DNA of 64,000 nucleotides from the human T2T-CHM13v2.0 reference genome, Homo sapiens: NCBI RefSeq assembly GCF_009914755.1, contig NC_060926.1, one strand, 5' to 3'. A model generated the notes under the pieces. That model saw only the letters and a list, made by a program, of their open reading frames with translations. It had not been told where the DNA came from and made no database searches. Below, piece by piece: positions 14,561 to 27,234 of the stretch (its first letter is position 1; each line of letters starts with the position of its first letter). A program made the position numbers and the translations under genes.

Positions 14561-14934
14561 CAGTGGTCCCCAAACTTGTTTGCACATTGATGTCACCTGA
14601 GGAGCTTAAAAAGCTGCCAAAGCCTGTGTCTCATCGCTAAAGATTGTCATTTTAATTGATCTGGAGTGTGTGCTGAGCGTTGCCATTTTTAAATGAGCCG
14701 CAGGTGCTATGGTTTCAATGCATGGCCACTCCAATCCAGATACTGCCAATGAGGTAGTATTAAGAGGTGGGGCCTTTACAAAGTGATTAGGGCATGAGGG
14801 CTCCTCCCTCATGAATGGGATTGGGTGCCCTTATAAAAGGGCTTTGACGGAATGAGTTCATCCTCTCTTGCCTTTTCCATGATGTGAGGATGCAGTAAGA
14901 ACGTCTTATGTGCAGCTGTGTTTGGGAATCACTG
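14561..14934. mobile_element. MER5B-like hAT-Charlie element split by a MaLR LTR
   Basis: cagtggtccccaaactt...cacctgaggagctt at the left end; atgtgcagctgtgtttgggaatcactg at the right end. Confidence 0.7.
14705..14905 (+). mobile_element. MLT1A-like MaLR LTR, 3'-truncated, nested in MER5B
   Basis: tgctatggtt...ggtagtattaagaggtggggccttt...gattagggcatgagggc...ccctcatgaatgggatt...cttataaaag. Confidence 0.8.
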
Positions 14935-15529
14935 TTCTAGAACATTTCCAGTGGTCTGTCAATGTATAAATTATGTGGCTCATTCCTGTGCCTTTCCAAA
15001 ATAGAAGGCATCTATCTACTCCTGATGACCAGTTCTGAACTAAAAAAATTCAAATGCATTTTTGATATTATAGCTTACTTTCTATTATGCGATAATTGTG
15101 CTCCAAAACACAACAAAAACTGTAAAAAGATTTTTCCTAGAGTCTCGTAACCAATAGCTGTCTGCAGAATGCAGTCTTGTTAACACATGAGTTGTATTAA
15201 ATATAAATTGTTTTTGAATTGCATATAATTAGATGTTTATAGGTAAAATGTATTATGTATGTACATACTGGATGGGGAAATATCTAAATATCTTTATTTT
15301 ATCATATCCTAGATTAGTGTTTTAGGCAGAGTATCTTTTCCCACTATTCCTTGTAAGTAGAAGCTAAGCATAGGTTAACATCTCTTCCATGTCCTAACTA
15401 AAACCTTATTTTATTCTTAAAGCCTCACATAGAGTTTAGCAAGAAAACTTGATTCTCCCCTTTCTTTGAACTCACCCAGTTCAGTTCATACTACGTTTTA
15501 AGGGACTTGAATCTCCTGCTTCTCCCTAT

Positions 15530-16110
15530 TACCCTAGTTCAGACCAGCATCTCTTACCCAGATTACAGCAATAGTTTTCTAACTGGTTTCCCTGCACTCT
15601 AACTTGTTCCCTTTTAATCCATTCTTCACACAGCCACTAGAGTGATCTTCGTAGTATGTGTTCATTTCACTTCTGGATCATGCAGAGATTCCCATAGCCC
15701 TGGGATGAAATCTAAACTACTTAACCTGCTTTAGGAGTTTCTTTATGTTTTAACCACTGCCTCTTCGGGTGAACTCTTGTCAGCCCACCATTTAAGCTTC
15801 ATTCTTAGGACTTCCCGTTTCTGAGAAGCACCAAGCCCTGAGAGTTCTTCCACGAAGTTCGGCTTCCTCTTTCACGGGGATACTTTGATTTGGGAATGTG
15901 TTTGTGGATTCTTAAAGTCCAGATTGCTGAAAGTATTGTAGCACATGGTGCTTCTTTCTCAAAACACACACCATTCTGTAATCATTTCTCCATTCACTTG
16001 CCTGCATGAGGACAGAGGCCTTGCCATGTTTGCCCGACATTACTCCTTAGCATCTGACACAGTTCATGGCACGCAGAGAATAAAGAAAAATATTTATTGC
16101 ATAAGCAAGG
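15530..16110 (+). mobile_element. L2 fragment
   Basis: gattacagcaatagttttctaactggtttccctgc...atccattcttcacacagccactagagtgatctt and 3' acagttcatggcacgcag...aatatttattg. Confidence 0.7.
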
Positions 16111-17299
16111 GAATGACATATATAGGTCTTTGCTCCTTTTCCTACTCTTTATACCTAACTCCAAGCTCCTCCTGAACTAGAAAACTCTCTGGCTGAAATC
16201 TGATCAGTCATGAAGCATGTGTACGGGAGCAACCATGTGAGCAAACAGATGCACATATGGGCCTCGGCTGAATTTGATATTACCAATTTGGAGATCATAA
16301 TTAAATGCCAAATCTATTGTCATAGCCTGCTTAAAGTTCTCGGGGAGATCATTTCTGCTCTTTCATTTCTGGAATTAGTCAAGACCATACTATGTAGAGT
16401 GAATCATTAGCTACATATTTCTGAATGGTTTTGTAAGGTTGGTTCAAATTTATGGGTTTATGTTTCTATGTTCTCTACATTGGTACGTCTATGATATTTC
16501 ATTGACATTTTACTGCATCTCTGAATTCTATATTCTTTGTTCAATTGACATGAATTTGATCACAACAGCAATTTTGAATTTCAAAGTTAAAATTATCAAG
16601 TGCAAAGCATAACACACCTAAAAGCCATGCTTTTCTACAATGTTTTAACCTAAATGTGGATAGTAATAATTAGAAAATTAATGAATTTCAAAAGATTTTT
16701 TGAGTCTTTTAAAAAAGTTATTTGTGCCTTACATTTTCTGACTCTATCTGAAAACAAATATTTACATTTATATTTTAAAATTGAACAGTAGACTTTATTC
16801 TCCTCTATCCGATTAGTACTTACTACTACAAACATGGAGCACATGGGACGTGCAGCAGCTAATATATCACAAAATAAGTGTGATTGGCAGGAAGAAAAAG
16901 CAAATAGGCTTTTTCAAGTTGTCTTTTTAAAATAAGTTTGTTATTTCTGCCATCTCATCAAGTTTCCCAGTTGCTTGGTGAATCTTTGAAGGGATCAGCA
17001 GTAGTGTTTATTGCCAACTAAGTAGGCCTCACCATAGTACATTTTGTAAAATGTAAAAAGAAATTCTGTGTAATTTTATCTTTTGACATATATTATAAAA
17101 AGAAGTAATGGCTTGTGGAGTGACTCACATAAGATACCAAATACAACACATAATGGAACATGAAAAGTCAGTAAAAAAGACAAATAACCTACTAACCTTC
17201 TTAAAGGGAGCTGCCATCTTTTCTGGACCCCCAATATCTGGAATTAGATTAATTATCATTCTTAGTCCAGGATACACTATCGTCATTTGACTAAGCATG

Positions 17300-18240
17300 G
17301 CCATCTTTTATTTGTTTTAATAATATAAAAATGTCCATGAGCCTCCAACCCCCACCCCCGACAAAGAACTGGAATTTATATTTATCTATACACTATTATT
17401 TATATGTATACACTATTTTGTATTTATCTATACACTATTTTCTAACCTCTTTCTCTCCCCTCAGAGATAAGCACTATCCCAAATTTTGTATATATTATTC
17501 TTTTTAAAGATACTTTCATCACATACACATAAACAAAAATACATATACTTAAACAATACATTGTTTATGTCTGTTTGGTTTTGCTCCTTTTTGTTCAGCA
17601 TTGTTATTGAGATTTATCCACATTGCTGTATCTGTAATTTTTGTTTTCAATTACTTTACAATATACAATGAATATATACCACAATTTATTTATCCATTTT
17701 CCTGTCAATAGACGTTTGGAATTTTTGAAGCTTTTGTTATTCTTGGCTGTGATGTAGGAACTCTCTTATGCATGTCTCTGTGCACACATGCAACTGTTTC
17801 TCTGTGTTTATACCTTGGAAGGCCATGGTACAAAATATTAAACTCTACAAGATTTACAACTCCAGAAATTATTTTTGACAAACTGATTTATCTTTACTCT
17901 CTAACACTTGGTATTGTCAGACTTCTTAATTTTTGCCAAATACTTTGAAAAATGATATTGTGATCTGATATTCATTTTCAAGGTTTTTTCATAAGATTGA
18001 TCAGCTTTATCTGTTTATTTGTCAAATATATTCATTTTGATTAAAATATTATATCTTTTTCCCAGTTTTCCATTGCGTTTTAATTTTTTTTTTTTTTTAC
18101 TGATCAAAATGACTTTTTCTATATACTTGATACTAATCCCTTCAGTATATCTATTGGAACTATCTTCTATTTTGTAGCCTGTCATCTTCTTTACAATGTC
18201 TTTTAATTTTAATATGCCCAAATTTATCAATATCTTTATG
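17300..18240 (-). mobile_element. Old L1 (L1MC/L1ME) 3' region
   Basis: ttgagatttatccacattgctg; atataccacaatttatttatccattttcctg; cacttggtattgtcagacttcttaatttttgcc. Confidence 0.75.
17379..17439. repeat. Three copies of a ~20-bp unit
   Basis: tatttatctatacactatt at 17379 and 17421, with a variant copy between them. Confidence 0.85.
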
Positions 18241-18764
18241 AATTAAACTACAAGCAAAGATGTGCACACACATATGAAAAGATAGTATTGGGCATATATA
18301 GACATGTAATACATGTGTATATGTATATATATTTTCACTATATGATTATTTTCATTATTCCAAATCTCATGATTCCAAAATCAAGTTATTTGTAGAATGG
18401 AGGATACCAAAGCATGTATACAGACTAATTACAGGTTGTTTTCAGAATTGAGAATTGTTAAAAGAAAGAAAAATTTCACCTTAGTATTAAAGAAATATTG
18501 CGTTCTAGATTTATTTCAGTACACAATAAACTCCAATTTTAGTCAACTGATAATTTCCTATTTTTCCCAGGCCAAAAAATTATACATTATATGTAATGAG
18601 TATGTGGGTATTTTTGAGAGAAAAGATATCTGTATCTTCTGATATTTATTTCACATATACATATAACCAGATAACTAATAGTAAATCCAAAATGTAAGAA
18701 ACCATTAGGTAATACTTTTAAAGTAATAAAACTAATGCCATGACATAAAATTATACCTAACTTT

Positions 18765-18960
18765 TCCTGAGTACTTGCTAAGTACCAGACAGCATTAAGC
18801 ACCTCGTAGGTGTTAATACACACCGTCCTCAGAGCAACCGTATGAGGGAAGCACCACTATTCTTATTTACACATGACAAAAATGGGACAGAGTTCCATTT
18901 TCTTTTAGTCCTAGTTCCCCTGGAAAATAGTGGAGCTAGAATCTGAACTCAAGCAGTCAA
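18765..18960 (-). mobile_element. MIR fragment
   Basis: tgagtacttgctaagtaccagacagc...cctcagagcaaccgtatgagggaagcaccactatt...gtggagctagaatctgaactcaagcagtc. Confidence 0.7.
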
Positions 18961-20940
18961 TACACTTGAAAACAAAGGGAGTACTATTCAAAACACTCTG
19001 GGGAAACACACGTAAACCAGCAGGGAATCAGAAAAACCAAGCTGTGTAACCACCTAGCCATGCAACATGCAGAAAGCAACATTTCCCAAGGATTTGTATC
19101 ACTTTGGAACTGGTGAACATAATCTGTTTCTTGTGAGTGTTTACATCCTTTAATTTGTGGAAATGTATAGTTAGTTCCTTTCTATCTAGCCTCCAGCAAT
19201 CATTCACACATCAGTGTGAAACCCAGCACATGGAGCCCTACCAAAGTGGACCTCAAATTTTCCCTGCTCTGAGTCTTCTTGGTGATGCCTGGACTTCAGC
19301 CAGAGAAGCCTCAGCACTAACCTGTGTGTGTCTCAAGAGAATTGGTTGTCACAGTGTGCTCCCTTTTAGATGGAAATAAATATTAAGAAATATTACATAT
19401 CCCAGCCTTCACTCAGTATAAGATGAAAGAAAGAATAATGTGGTTTCTGAAATTTATAGCTCAAAAGTGAGAGAGCTGTGAAGTTGAGACCAATGTGACT
19501 TCTGAATCCTTATTTGGCTTCTTTGATGACTTATAAATAATAAAAATTGCTGCTTAAAAATATATATGATGGGGAACAAATCAACACCAGTCTTCTTAAA
19601 GCATCCTGAAAAGTATGTTTTGTATAAGTGTCCATTACTTGCTATTATTTTTGTGAAAAGATAGATGAATGTAAGGTTTCTCTTTCTTTGTCTTTCTGGA
19701 TGGAATTCATTTTAAGTCCAGAAATTTGAAAATAAATATCAAGTGAAAAAGGAGAATTAATAGAGTGTTCTGAGGTTGGGGAGACACTCTCCAACAAACA
19801 GCAGCAAAATGTTATTCTCAGACTTGCTCATCCGACTGTCAGCAGCGGCTAACCCTGCTTCTCAATGCACAACTCATTGTCTGCCATGAATGTCACCTGC
19901 TATTGCCTGTGAATGAAGAATCACAACTGTACACAGTAAAGAGAAAGAATGGTATTGCATAAAAGTAACACATTTCTCTTAGGATTTGTCCTGATTCAAG
20001 TGCCATTCATTTATAGACAAGCACTAAAATTGAAAAAGACAACTTGAAGACATGCATTTCTTCCACTTAATAGATTTCTTAATTGTGCTTTCATTTACAT
20101 ACTTTTATTGATTCTACAATATTAACCTTATTGAGTAAAGTATCTACACATATAAGAAAAATCTGATCATTATTTTATAACGAAATAAAAGAGTGATTCT
20201 TTGGCATTCCCCTTTTTGGATTGAAGCAGAAGGCAGTGCATTTGGCTTAACACTTGACTTTTCACTTAGCTATGTCCAGAAAGAGAAATGCTTACACTGA
20301 GCCACAGTTATTAATCACAGGGGATCTCAGGCTCTTACACATAACAGGTGCTTGCTAAGTGTTTGTTGAAGGAACAATAGAAGGAGTCATCAGTTATTTT
20401 AAGGCTGTGATATGTGATCCTTATTTTATTATAATTTTTTTTTCTGAACATGGCATACTTGAAATTCAATGGGGGAAAATAAACTGACTTCTCCATTGTA
20501 AAATGACAGTTTTAGGTTGAGTTTCTCTTAAAGGTATTTTTTACTTAATGATTGTATTTGGTTAATCAGTAATATATTTCTAACCCATTATCAATAACAT
20601 CAAAGAAATAATTTGGGGAGAAGTACACCTAACCCTACATAATCATTTCAAATGGAGTCTTGGCTATGCATGATGGTATTCCAAAATCCTCATGTTGGCT
20701 GAAAATAATTTTATTTGACTATTCACTTGAGGTTTTCAAGAAAATTTGTAGAGACTCTGTATTTTTTTTTTGTGTAATTCAAATAAGATGTTTAATAAAG
20801 GCATATTTTAGAATTTTAACAGCTATATAAGTCAGGTAAAAAGCCACATTTATTAGCCCCAGTAGATAACTGTAAAACTCAGACACAAAATTAATTTCTC
20901 AAAACAGACAGAAAGAAGAGATAGAACTCCCTGTAGCTTA

Positions 20941-21229
20941 TGTCAGCTGTCAAAAAACAGTGATGTATTGTCCTTCTCCACTAAGTTGCTTCACCACCAG
21001 CAGGTTTTAGTTAACATGATTATGATAGTGAATGACCCTAAAGAGGGCTCCTTCATTCATTTAAGGCTCTTTCCTAATAACCCACAGCTGTGTGAACACC
21101 ATCAGCTGTGGGAGTTTCCTTTGGGCACGTTGAAAGTGGTGGTATGTCACTCCATATGGTTCTTATGGGCTTCCTTTGACTACTCATATATTCCATCAGT
21201 CCAGCTGTCAAGAGCTGATTCCTCAGCTG
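20941..21229. promoter_or_regulatory. Candidate enhancer: five CAGCTG E-boxes, two fused to TGTCA (MEIS/TGIF-type) sites
   Basis: CAGCTG at 20944, 21085, 21103, 21202 and 21224 in non-repeat DNA. Confidence 0.4.
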
Positions 21230-23354
21230 GGCTGATGACTTGAAAAGCTACTCACCAGTCTTTAATTGTTTCTCAATGTTGCTACTAAAAAGCTAGGAGC
21301 TCTTTGTTTGCAGTAGGTAAAAAAATGAAGAGGAGCTCATTTCAAATTAAAGCAGCCAAGGCTCTGAATAGGACAATCCCCCCAAACTCAGTAAGCTTTT
21401 GTTTTTACATACTAATGTCCACATGGTTGTGGGGATCCAAAGTAATTTGGAGGAGAATTGTTATCGCTTTGATTGCATGCAAATGTAATCAGGCTTTTGC
21501 AAAGGAGGCCTCAAATGGAGCTTTGCACACAAGTTTAAGAAATGATCTTAATTTGTTGGCTTATAGTAGAGGTATTTAACTTTCAAACTTGTTTTCTGAA
21601 GAAAAGCAATGAAAATAAAGAGGTAATGGCAGTTTTGCTGTAAAACTTTAATTTGAAAAGAATTGTGGGATCATTACATTGTTTATTTGGAAAAAACAAA
21701 GGCATTATTGAAAAAATAACAGAATATCTAAACTATATGGAAAATTAAATAGAAATAAGGGAAAGAGGGTAACTGAATGATTAATCTCGTTAATTCTGTA
21801 ATGAAATTAAAGTTTTTTTTAGTCTTCTAAATTGATATCACCCCTTAATTTGGAGCCAGTCTTACAGAGCCTTAGCAATTTATTGCTTGAATTGTCAGAG
21901 GAAAATAATGTGTTGAGGTTTGTATGTTACCCTTGTGGTTGAAATTTAGACATTTATCTTTTTTTAAAAAAATTGGAAAACGCTTTTAAGAAGCTTGGTA
22001 GAAAGGAGACAGTTTCTAGGGAAGATAGCTTAAGATTGATTACTTTTGTGTCTTTAGCCTTCCCTTACCTATAAAAATTTATTTAATTTTTCATGTTTCT
22101 GTTTACCTACTTTCACAGAAGGCCAGAAAACAACAGACTAACTCCGGATATGACAAACTCTTTATAAATACTTATAAGTACTGTTGGCTACAATAGTTCT
22201 AAAGCCTTAACAAATGATGTTGAAGCAAAATGAATAATGATTATTCCTATTTCATTAGGAATTAGCGTCTGTGAAATCTTCCTAAATCTTCAAAATCAAT
22301 TAAGGTGTATTTTTACAGAAGCTTGAAGCTAAAGACTCTAAGAAACATTAGTGGAACTTCATTTGCCCAAAATTAATGGTTCCTGATAGTAGTTGGAATT
22401 CCAAGAAAAAGGGTTCATTATGTAATTCTCAACTCTTTAATTATACAACCACTTTGTTTTAATACTCTCTTCAAACTTCTGAGAGTTCAGTTATATTGTG
22501 ATAGCCATTGATTACTTTCTCTTGCTACTTTATCTTTCCTTTTACATTTTATAGGACAGAAATGATATTTAATTTATTAACAAACTTTTATACCTTACAA
22601 ACAAAATATCAATAATTGGACTTTCAAATCTTTTCTTACATAGTGTAGGAAATGTAATAATTGTTCTTTAAAATGCCCTCTTGAAGCTGGAAGACAGATG
22701 GAAAGATGCTTTTTTTTACTTATTAAACTGTTTTTTTTACAGTGAGTTGATTATTTCAAAAAATCATAGAAAATGAAGTGCTAAGAATTGCTGTAATCAA
22801 GATAAAGCAATAAAAATTTGAAATGTGATAATCAAGAAAGTATCTAATATTGGCTAACAAGTTTTAAATGTAAAATATAGAGATTTATTACATTTATATG
22901 TATCTCACAGTAAATAATCCCTTCTCTTAAATTCTTCAAGCAAAATTTAGTTATTAAACCTCTTTGTGGCTTTATTTCACAAAACATGGGAAAAAAAGAA
23001 AGAAGGAAGCATAAGATGAAACTCAGAAAGCTGTCAGGAACAATAATTTTCATACATGATAGTATTAAGTCTGTTTTAACTGAGTTGAAACAAAATTATG
23101 ACAAAGTCAGTGACCACCTCTCCCACCCAGATATTTGCTAAGGTATTCTAATGGAGGACATATAGTCAGGCCACATCTCAAATACTTAGATGTGACTAAA
23201 TCAGTGAGTTTGGGTATAAACATGAGACCCTCTGGGAAAATCAAGGATGGCTTAGTGAGATGAACAGGAAAACTGTTTCACAATAAAACATGAGTGGGAA
23301 CGTTGGGATCTTACAGAGCCTGGAAACTCAGTCATTAAAAGAATGGCTGAGAGT

Positions 23355-24732
23355 ATTGGGACCCTTGGATATCCACATGCAAACAAATGCATCAGACACA
23401 GACCTTACACTCTTCATACAAGTTAACTCAAAATGAATCATTGACAGAAATGTAAAGCTCATAACTGAAACTTCTAGAAGATAACATAGGAAAAATCTAA
23501 ATGATTTTTGACTATGGCAATGACTTTTTAGATACAACACCAAAGGCATTATGCTTGAAAGAAATAATTGATAAGCTGGACTTCATTAGAATTAAAAAGT
23601 TCCCTAAGATAGTCAATGTCAAGAGAATGAGAAGACAAACCAAACCACAGGGTAGGAGACGATATTTGCAAAAGACATCTGGTAGAGGACTGTTATTCAA
23701 AATATCCAAAAAACTTGTAAAACTTAATGACAAGAAAAGGAACAATTCAATTAAGAAATGGGCAAAAGACCTAGACATCAAAGAAGATATACCAATGGCA
23801 GATAAACATATGGAAATATGTTTAGCATCATAAGTCATTAAGGAACTGCAAATTAAAACAACAATGAGGTATCACTGCAAACCCTATTATAATGGCCAAA
23901 ATCCCAAACACTGACAACATCAAAAGCTGTGAGAAGATGGTGCAATAAAAACTCTCACCTATTGCTGGTGGAAATGCAAAACGGTAGGGCCACTTTGCAG
24001 GACAGCTTGGCAGTTTTTACAAAACTAACCATAGTCTTACCATACAATCCAGTAACAGCACCCCTTGGTATTTACCCAAATGAACTGCAAACATATATCC
24101 ACACAAAAACTTACACATGAATGTTTACAGCAGCTTTATTCATAATTGCCAAAACTTGAAAGCAATCAAGATTTCCTTCATTAAGTAAATGGATAAACTA
24201 TGGTACATCCAGACAATGGAATATTATTCAGCACTAAAAGGAAATGAGCTATCAAACCATGAAAAGAGATGGAGGAACCTTAAATGCATATTACTAAGAG
24301 AAAGAAGTCAGTCTGAAAAGTCAACACACTGTTTGATTCCAACTATGTGACATTCTGGAAGAGGCAAAACTATGGAGGTAGTAAAAAGATTAAAGGTTAC
24401 CAGGAGGAAGGTAAATAGGTGAACATGAAGGATGTTTAAGGCAGTAAAACTATTCTCTATGATACTACAGTGGTGGATACATGTCATTATACATTTTTTC
24501 AAAACCCATGGAATGTACAACATCAAGAGTGAAGCTTCATGTAAACTATGGACTTTGGGTGATAATGATGTGTCAGTGTGGGTTCATTGATTGTAACAAA
24601 TGGGGCACTGTGGTGCAAGATGTTCACAATGGAGGAAGCTATGCATGTGTGGAGGCAGGGGGCTCTCTGTACCTTCTACTCAATATTGCTGTGAAACTCA
24701 AACTGATCTAAAAATAAAGTTTATTTTAAAAA
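23355..24732 (+). mobile_element. L1MC1-like (L1MB/MC) 3' portion
   Basis: ORF 23501-23833 (IIDKLDFIRIK...NSIKKWAKDL) is an ORF2 remnant; 3' UTR gtaaactatggactttgggtgataatgatgtgtc...aataaagttt. Confidence 0.9.
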
Positions 24733-24789
24733 TAGCTGAGGACTTTTAAAGAACAGGACTGATAGTTTACCATAAGATACATGTTAGGC

Positions 24790-25310
24790 TACGAGCAGCT
24801 GTACAGCACCCGCTCCACTGCCTCAGACCATCTACACAGTCTGCTCTGCGTGTTCTCCAGTTAGTGGTAATTAGGAGGGAGTAAAGAGCTTCGGATGATG
24901 GCAGGAACCTAGCATGGAAAGGGCTCTCAGGAAGAATCAGCGCATGGCGAGAGTACCTGTCACAGAAGCAGCTGCCAGGTGGATGGCTCAGGAGTGAATG
25001 GAGACCACTTCTCTTTTTCGCGGAATGATACTAACAAACTATCGGATGTTGCATTTGGCGTGTTGGGAAGAGAGTTGACAGAAAAGCTGACATCTGCTTC
25101 TATACTTGTGCAAGAGATCTATTTTATTTTGCATTTTGTAATGCCTCTATTTGAATATATGGAGGATAATGTACTGAAGAAATAGTGTTAGGCAGATAAT
25201 AGATACTGTATAAAGTTGTAAGTGAATGGGGAGAAAAACTTAAGAAGCAAACTTGACGCCAGATGGATACGGATAAAAGTAGTAACTATAACCATTACAC
25301 GGAAATATTT
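24790..25310. promoter_or_regulatory. CpG-retaining unique segment; possible promoter/first exon or enhancer
   Basis: 13 CpGs counted in ~520 bp; plus-strand donor-like AAGTT|GTAAGT at 25217/25218. Confidence 0.35.
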
Positions 25311-26657
25311 CATTTAACTTCATTTTTCAAAAGTACCATAGTAATTTTATAAGAAGGACATAAAATGAGCAGATTTTAAGCTAATGCTTATGGATATATG
25401 AAAAATAAAGATTTTGAGGGAAATAGAAAGTTTTTTAAAAAAATTCTTAACTGTGACATAAGGAAATCTCATAGTTCAGTCAACTAGAAGGGAGATAAAA
25501 TAGTGTCCAGGCATTTCTTAATTGGAATTTTCTTTTTTCTCAGCCCAAAAAGAAAACTTCCATCTGTTCTAGCATCTGCTTACTGTGGTTCAAGAATTTC
25601 TTCAATTTAACAAGTAGGTGTGTCAATTGTGACATCTGGGAATGTTTATAAAGACACATACACAAAAAGGTGAGGTGGCTGCTAACTGGTTACATAAGCT
25701 TTTCACAGATTCCTTGTATACACATAGAGTTGAAATAGCTGATCACATGGCACTCTTATGCTCTTTTTAAAAAGAAGCTTTAAATTTTTGTAATATTGGA
25801 AATGTACCTTTTTCCCCCTAACCTATTTATCATGAGAAGAGCAGAAGGAGGATTGCCTAATCATGGCCATAGTAGGATTTTAGAGATGTGACTTCAAGGT
25901 CTGTTTGTGGGATTAATCCCCTTTGGGGATTTGGGAAAGTGGCTTTGGGAAAGTTGTCTTGTTTCTCTTTGACTCAATTTGTCCACTGGTTAAAAAGCAA
26001 ATTTAAATATGTCTTTATTCCAAATATACTGAAATATTAAGAAAGAAAATATGCTAGAAATAGAACCTATGAATGCAAATGAAGACCACTACATTTGAAA
26101 CTTCTATCTTTTATATTTACTTTGGCAACTCTGGATTCTGAAGCTTTATAATTTCTAATTTTTATTTGAGGAGGAAAATACTCATGATCTTAAAAGTTTA
26201 GAGGTTCTGAATATGGGTGGAATATGTAAACTTTTCTTTCTACCTTTTAAAATCATTTTTGATGTTTATATTTATTAAGTTATTTTTGTTTTATCTTTAT
26301 AGCTATAAAATGTCTCTAGTATTTTAGGCTTTCAATTAGCATCAGGCATTCATTGAAGCAGCAAGTTTTGTACAATCGTTTTTATCTTTCATATTTGGAA
26401 ATTGAAAAAGTGAAAGGGCATAAATTTCATTGGTATTCTACCATGTGCACAAAGCAAAAGTCCCTTGCTGCCTGCCTCTAATGTATATTCCAATTCTACT
26501 TTTGTTTGAAGTGATTTTCTATAGTCTTACAGTACAGATCTTCCTTATGTGGCTATCAGGGTGGCTCCAGGATGCCCTGAGAATTCTGGTTCTGACCAGT
26601 AAACTAGTCTTCACACCATGACCAGAACTCATGAGCCCTTCAGTCTGTAAAGGTCTT

Positions 26658-26833
26658 TCAGTTGTATAGAATCATTATTCTTGATGCAAGGAACACTACC
26701 ATTGTTGATTTATTCAGGGATCACAATTGAGTTGTCTCCAGTATGAGTCTATTATAAACACATACACATGCTTCCTGGTACACATGGCTGTATACACATA
26801 ACGAGGTGGAATCGCTGAGTCAAATGGTATATA
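26658..26833 (-). repeat. Left arm of a 176-bp inverted repeat (inverted copy of old L1 sequence)
   Basis: Manual ungapped alignment to the reverse complement of 27430-27605: 161/176 identical. Confidence 0.97.
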
Positions 26834-26969
26834 GATAGATCACTCAGAGTCATTCTGTATTCTGCCCATATCCTCCTCTTCTGGTTTGATTGGAATCGTA
26901 TGTGCTTTGGGAGGAATGAGATAAGATATGGCAAAGGCTGAGAAATTGAGGAATCTGATACAAACTTAC

Positions 26970-27033
26970 CTAATGTCATATAAGGTGAACGATAGTTGGG
27001 GGGTCAAAGTGCTGATGTTTCTTCACATATTGC
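26970..27033 (-). other. Candidate 64-nt non-coding exon in the inverted-repeat loop
   Basis: Minus strand: ctctcatattctttacttcttAG|GCAATATG...GACATTAG|GTAAGT; stop codons in all three frames. Confidence 0.4.
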
Positions 27034-27234
27034 CTAAGAAGTAAAGAATATGAGAGGTCTTAAGTGACCCTCTGTATTTTGATGACTTGCTGGAATATAT
27101 TCTGCAAGTATTTGCTATTTTATGTCTACCCATAGCTATAATATTAAGCATTTAACAGAGTCAAAAATGGAGAATTGAAAAAAGCTTATATATTACCAGA
27201 AAATACAGGAAGAGATTCTCAAGCTGAATTTAAT

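Noticed and set aside
17379-17439. Short spaced direct repeats as a CRISPR-like array (also 13818-13890, 57160-57205)
   Set aside because: Eukaryotic DNA with no unique spacers or cas genes; these are slippage duplications.
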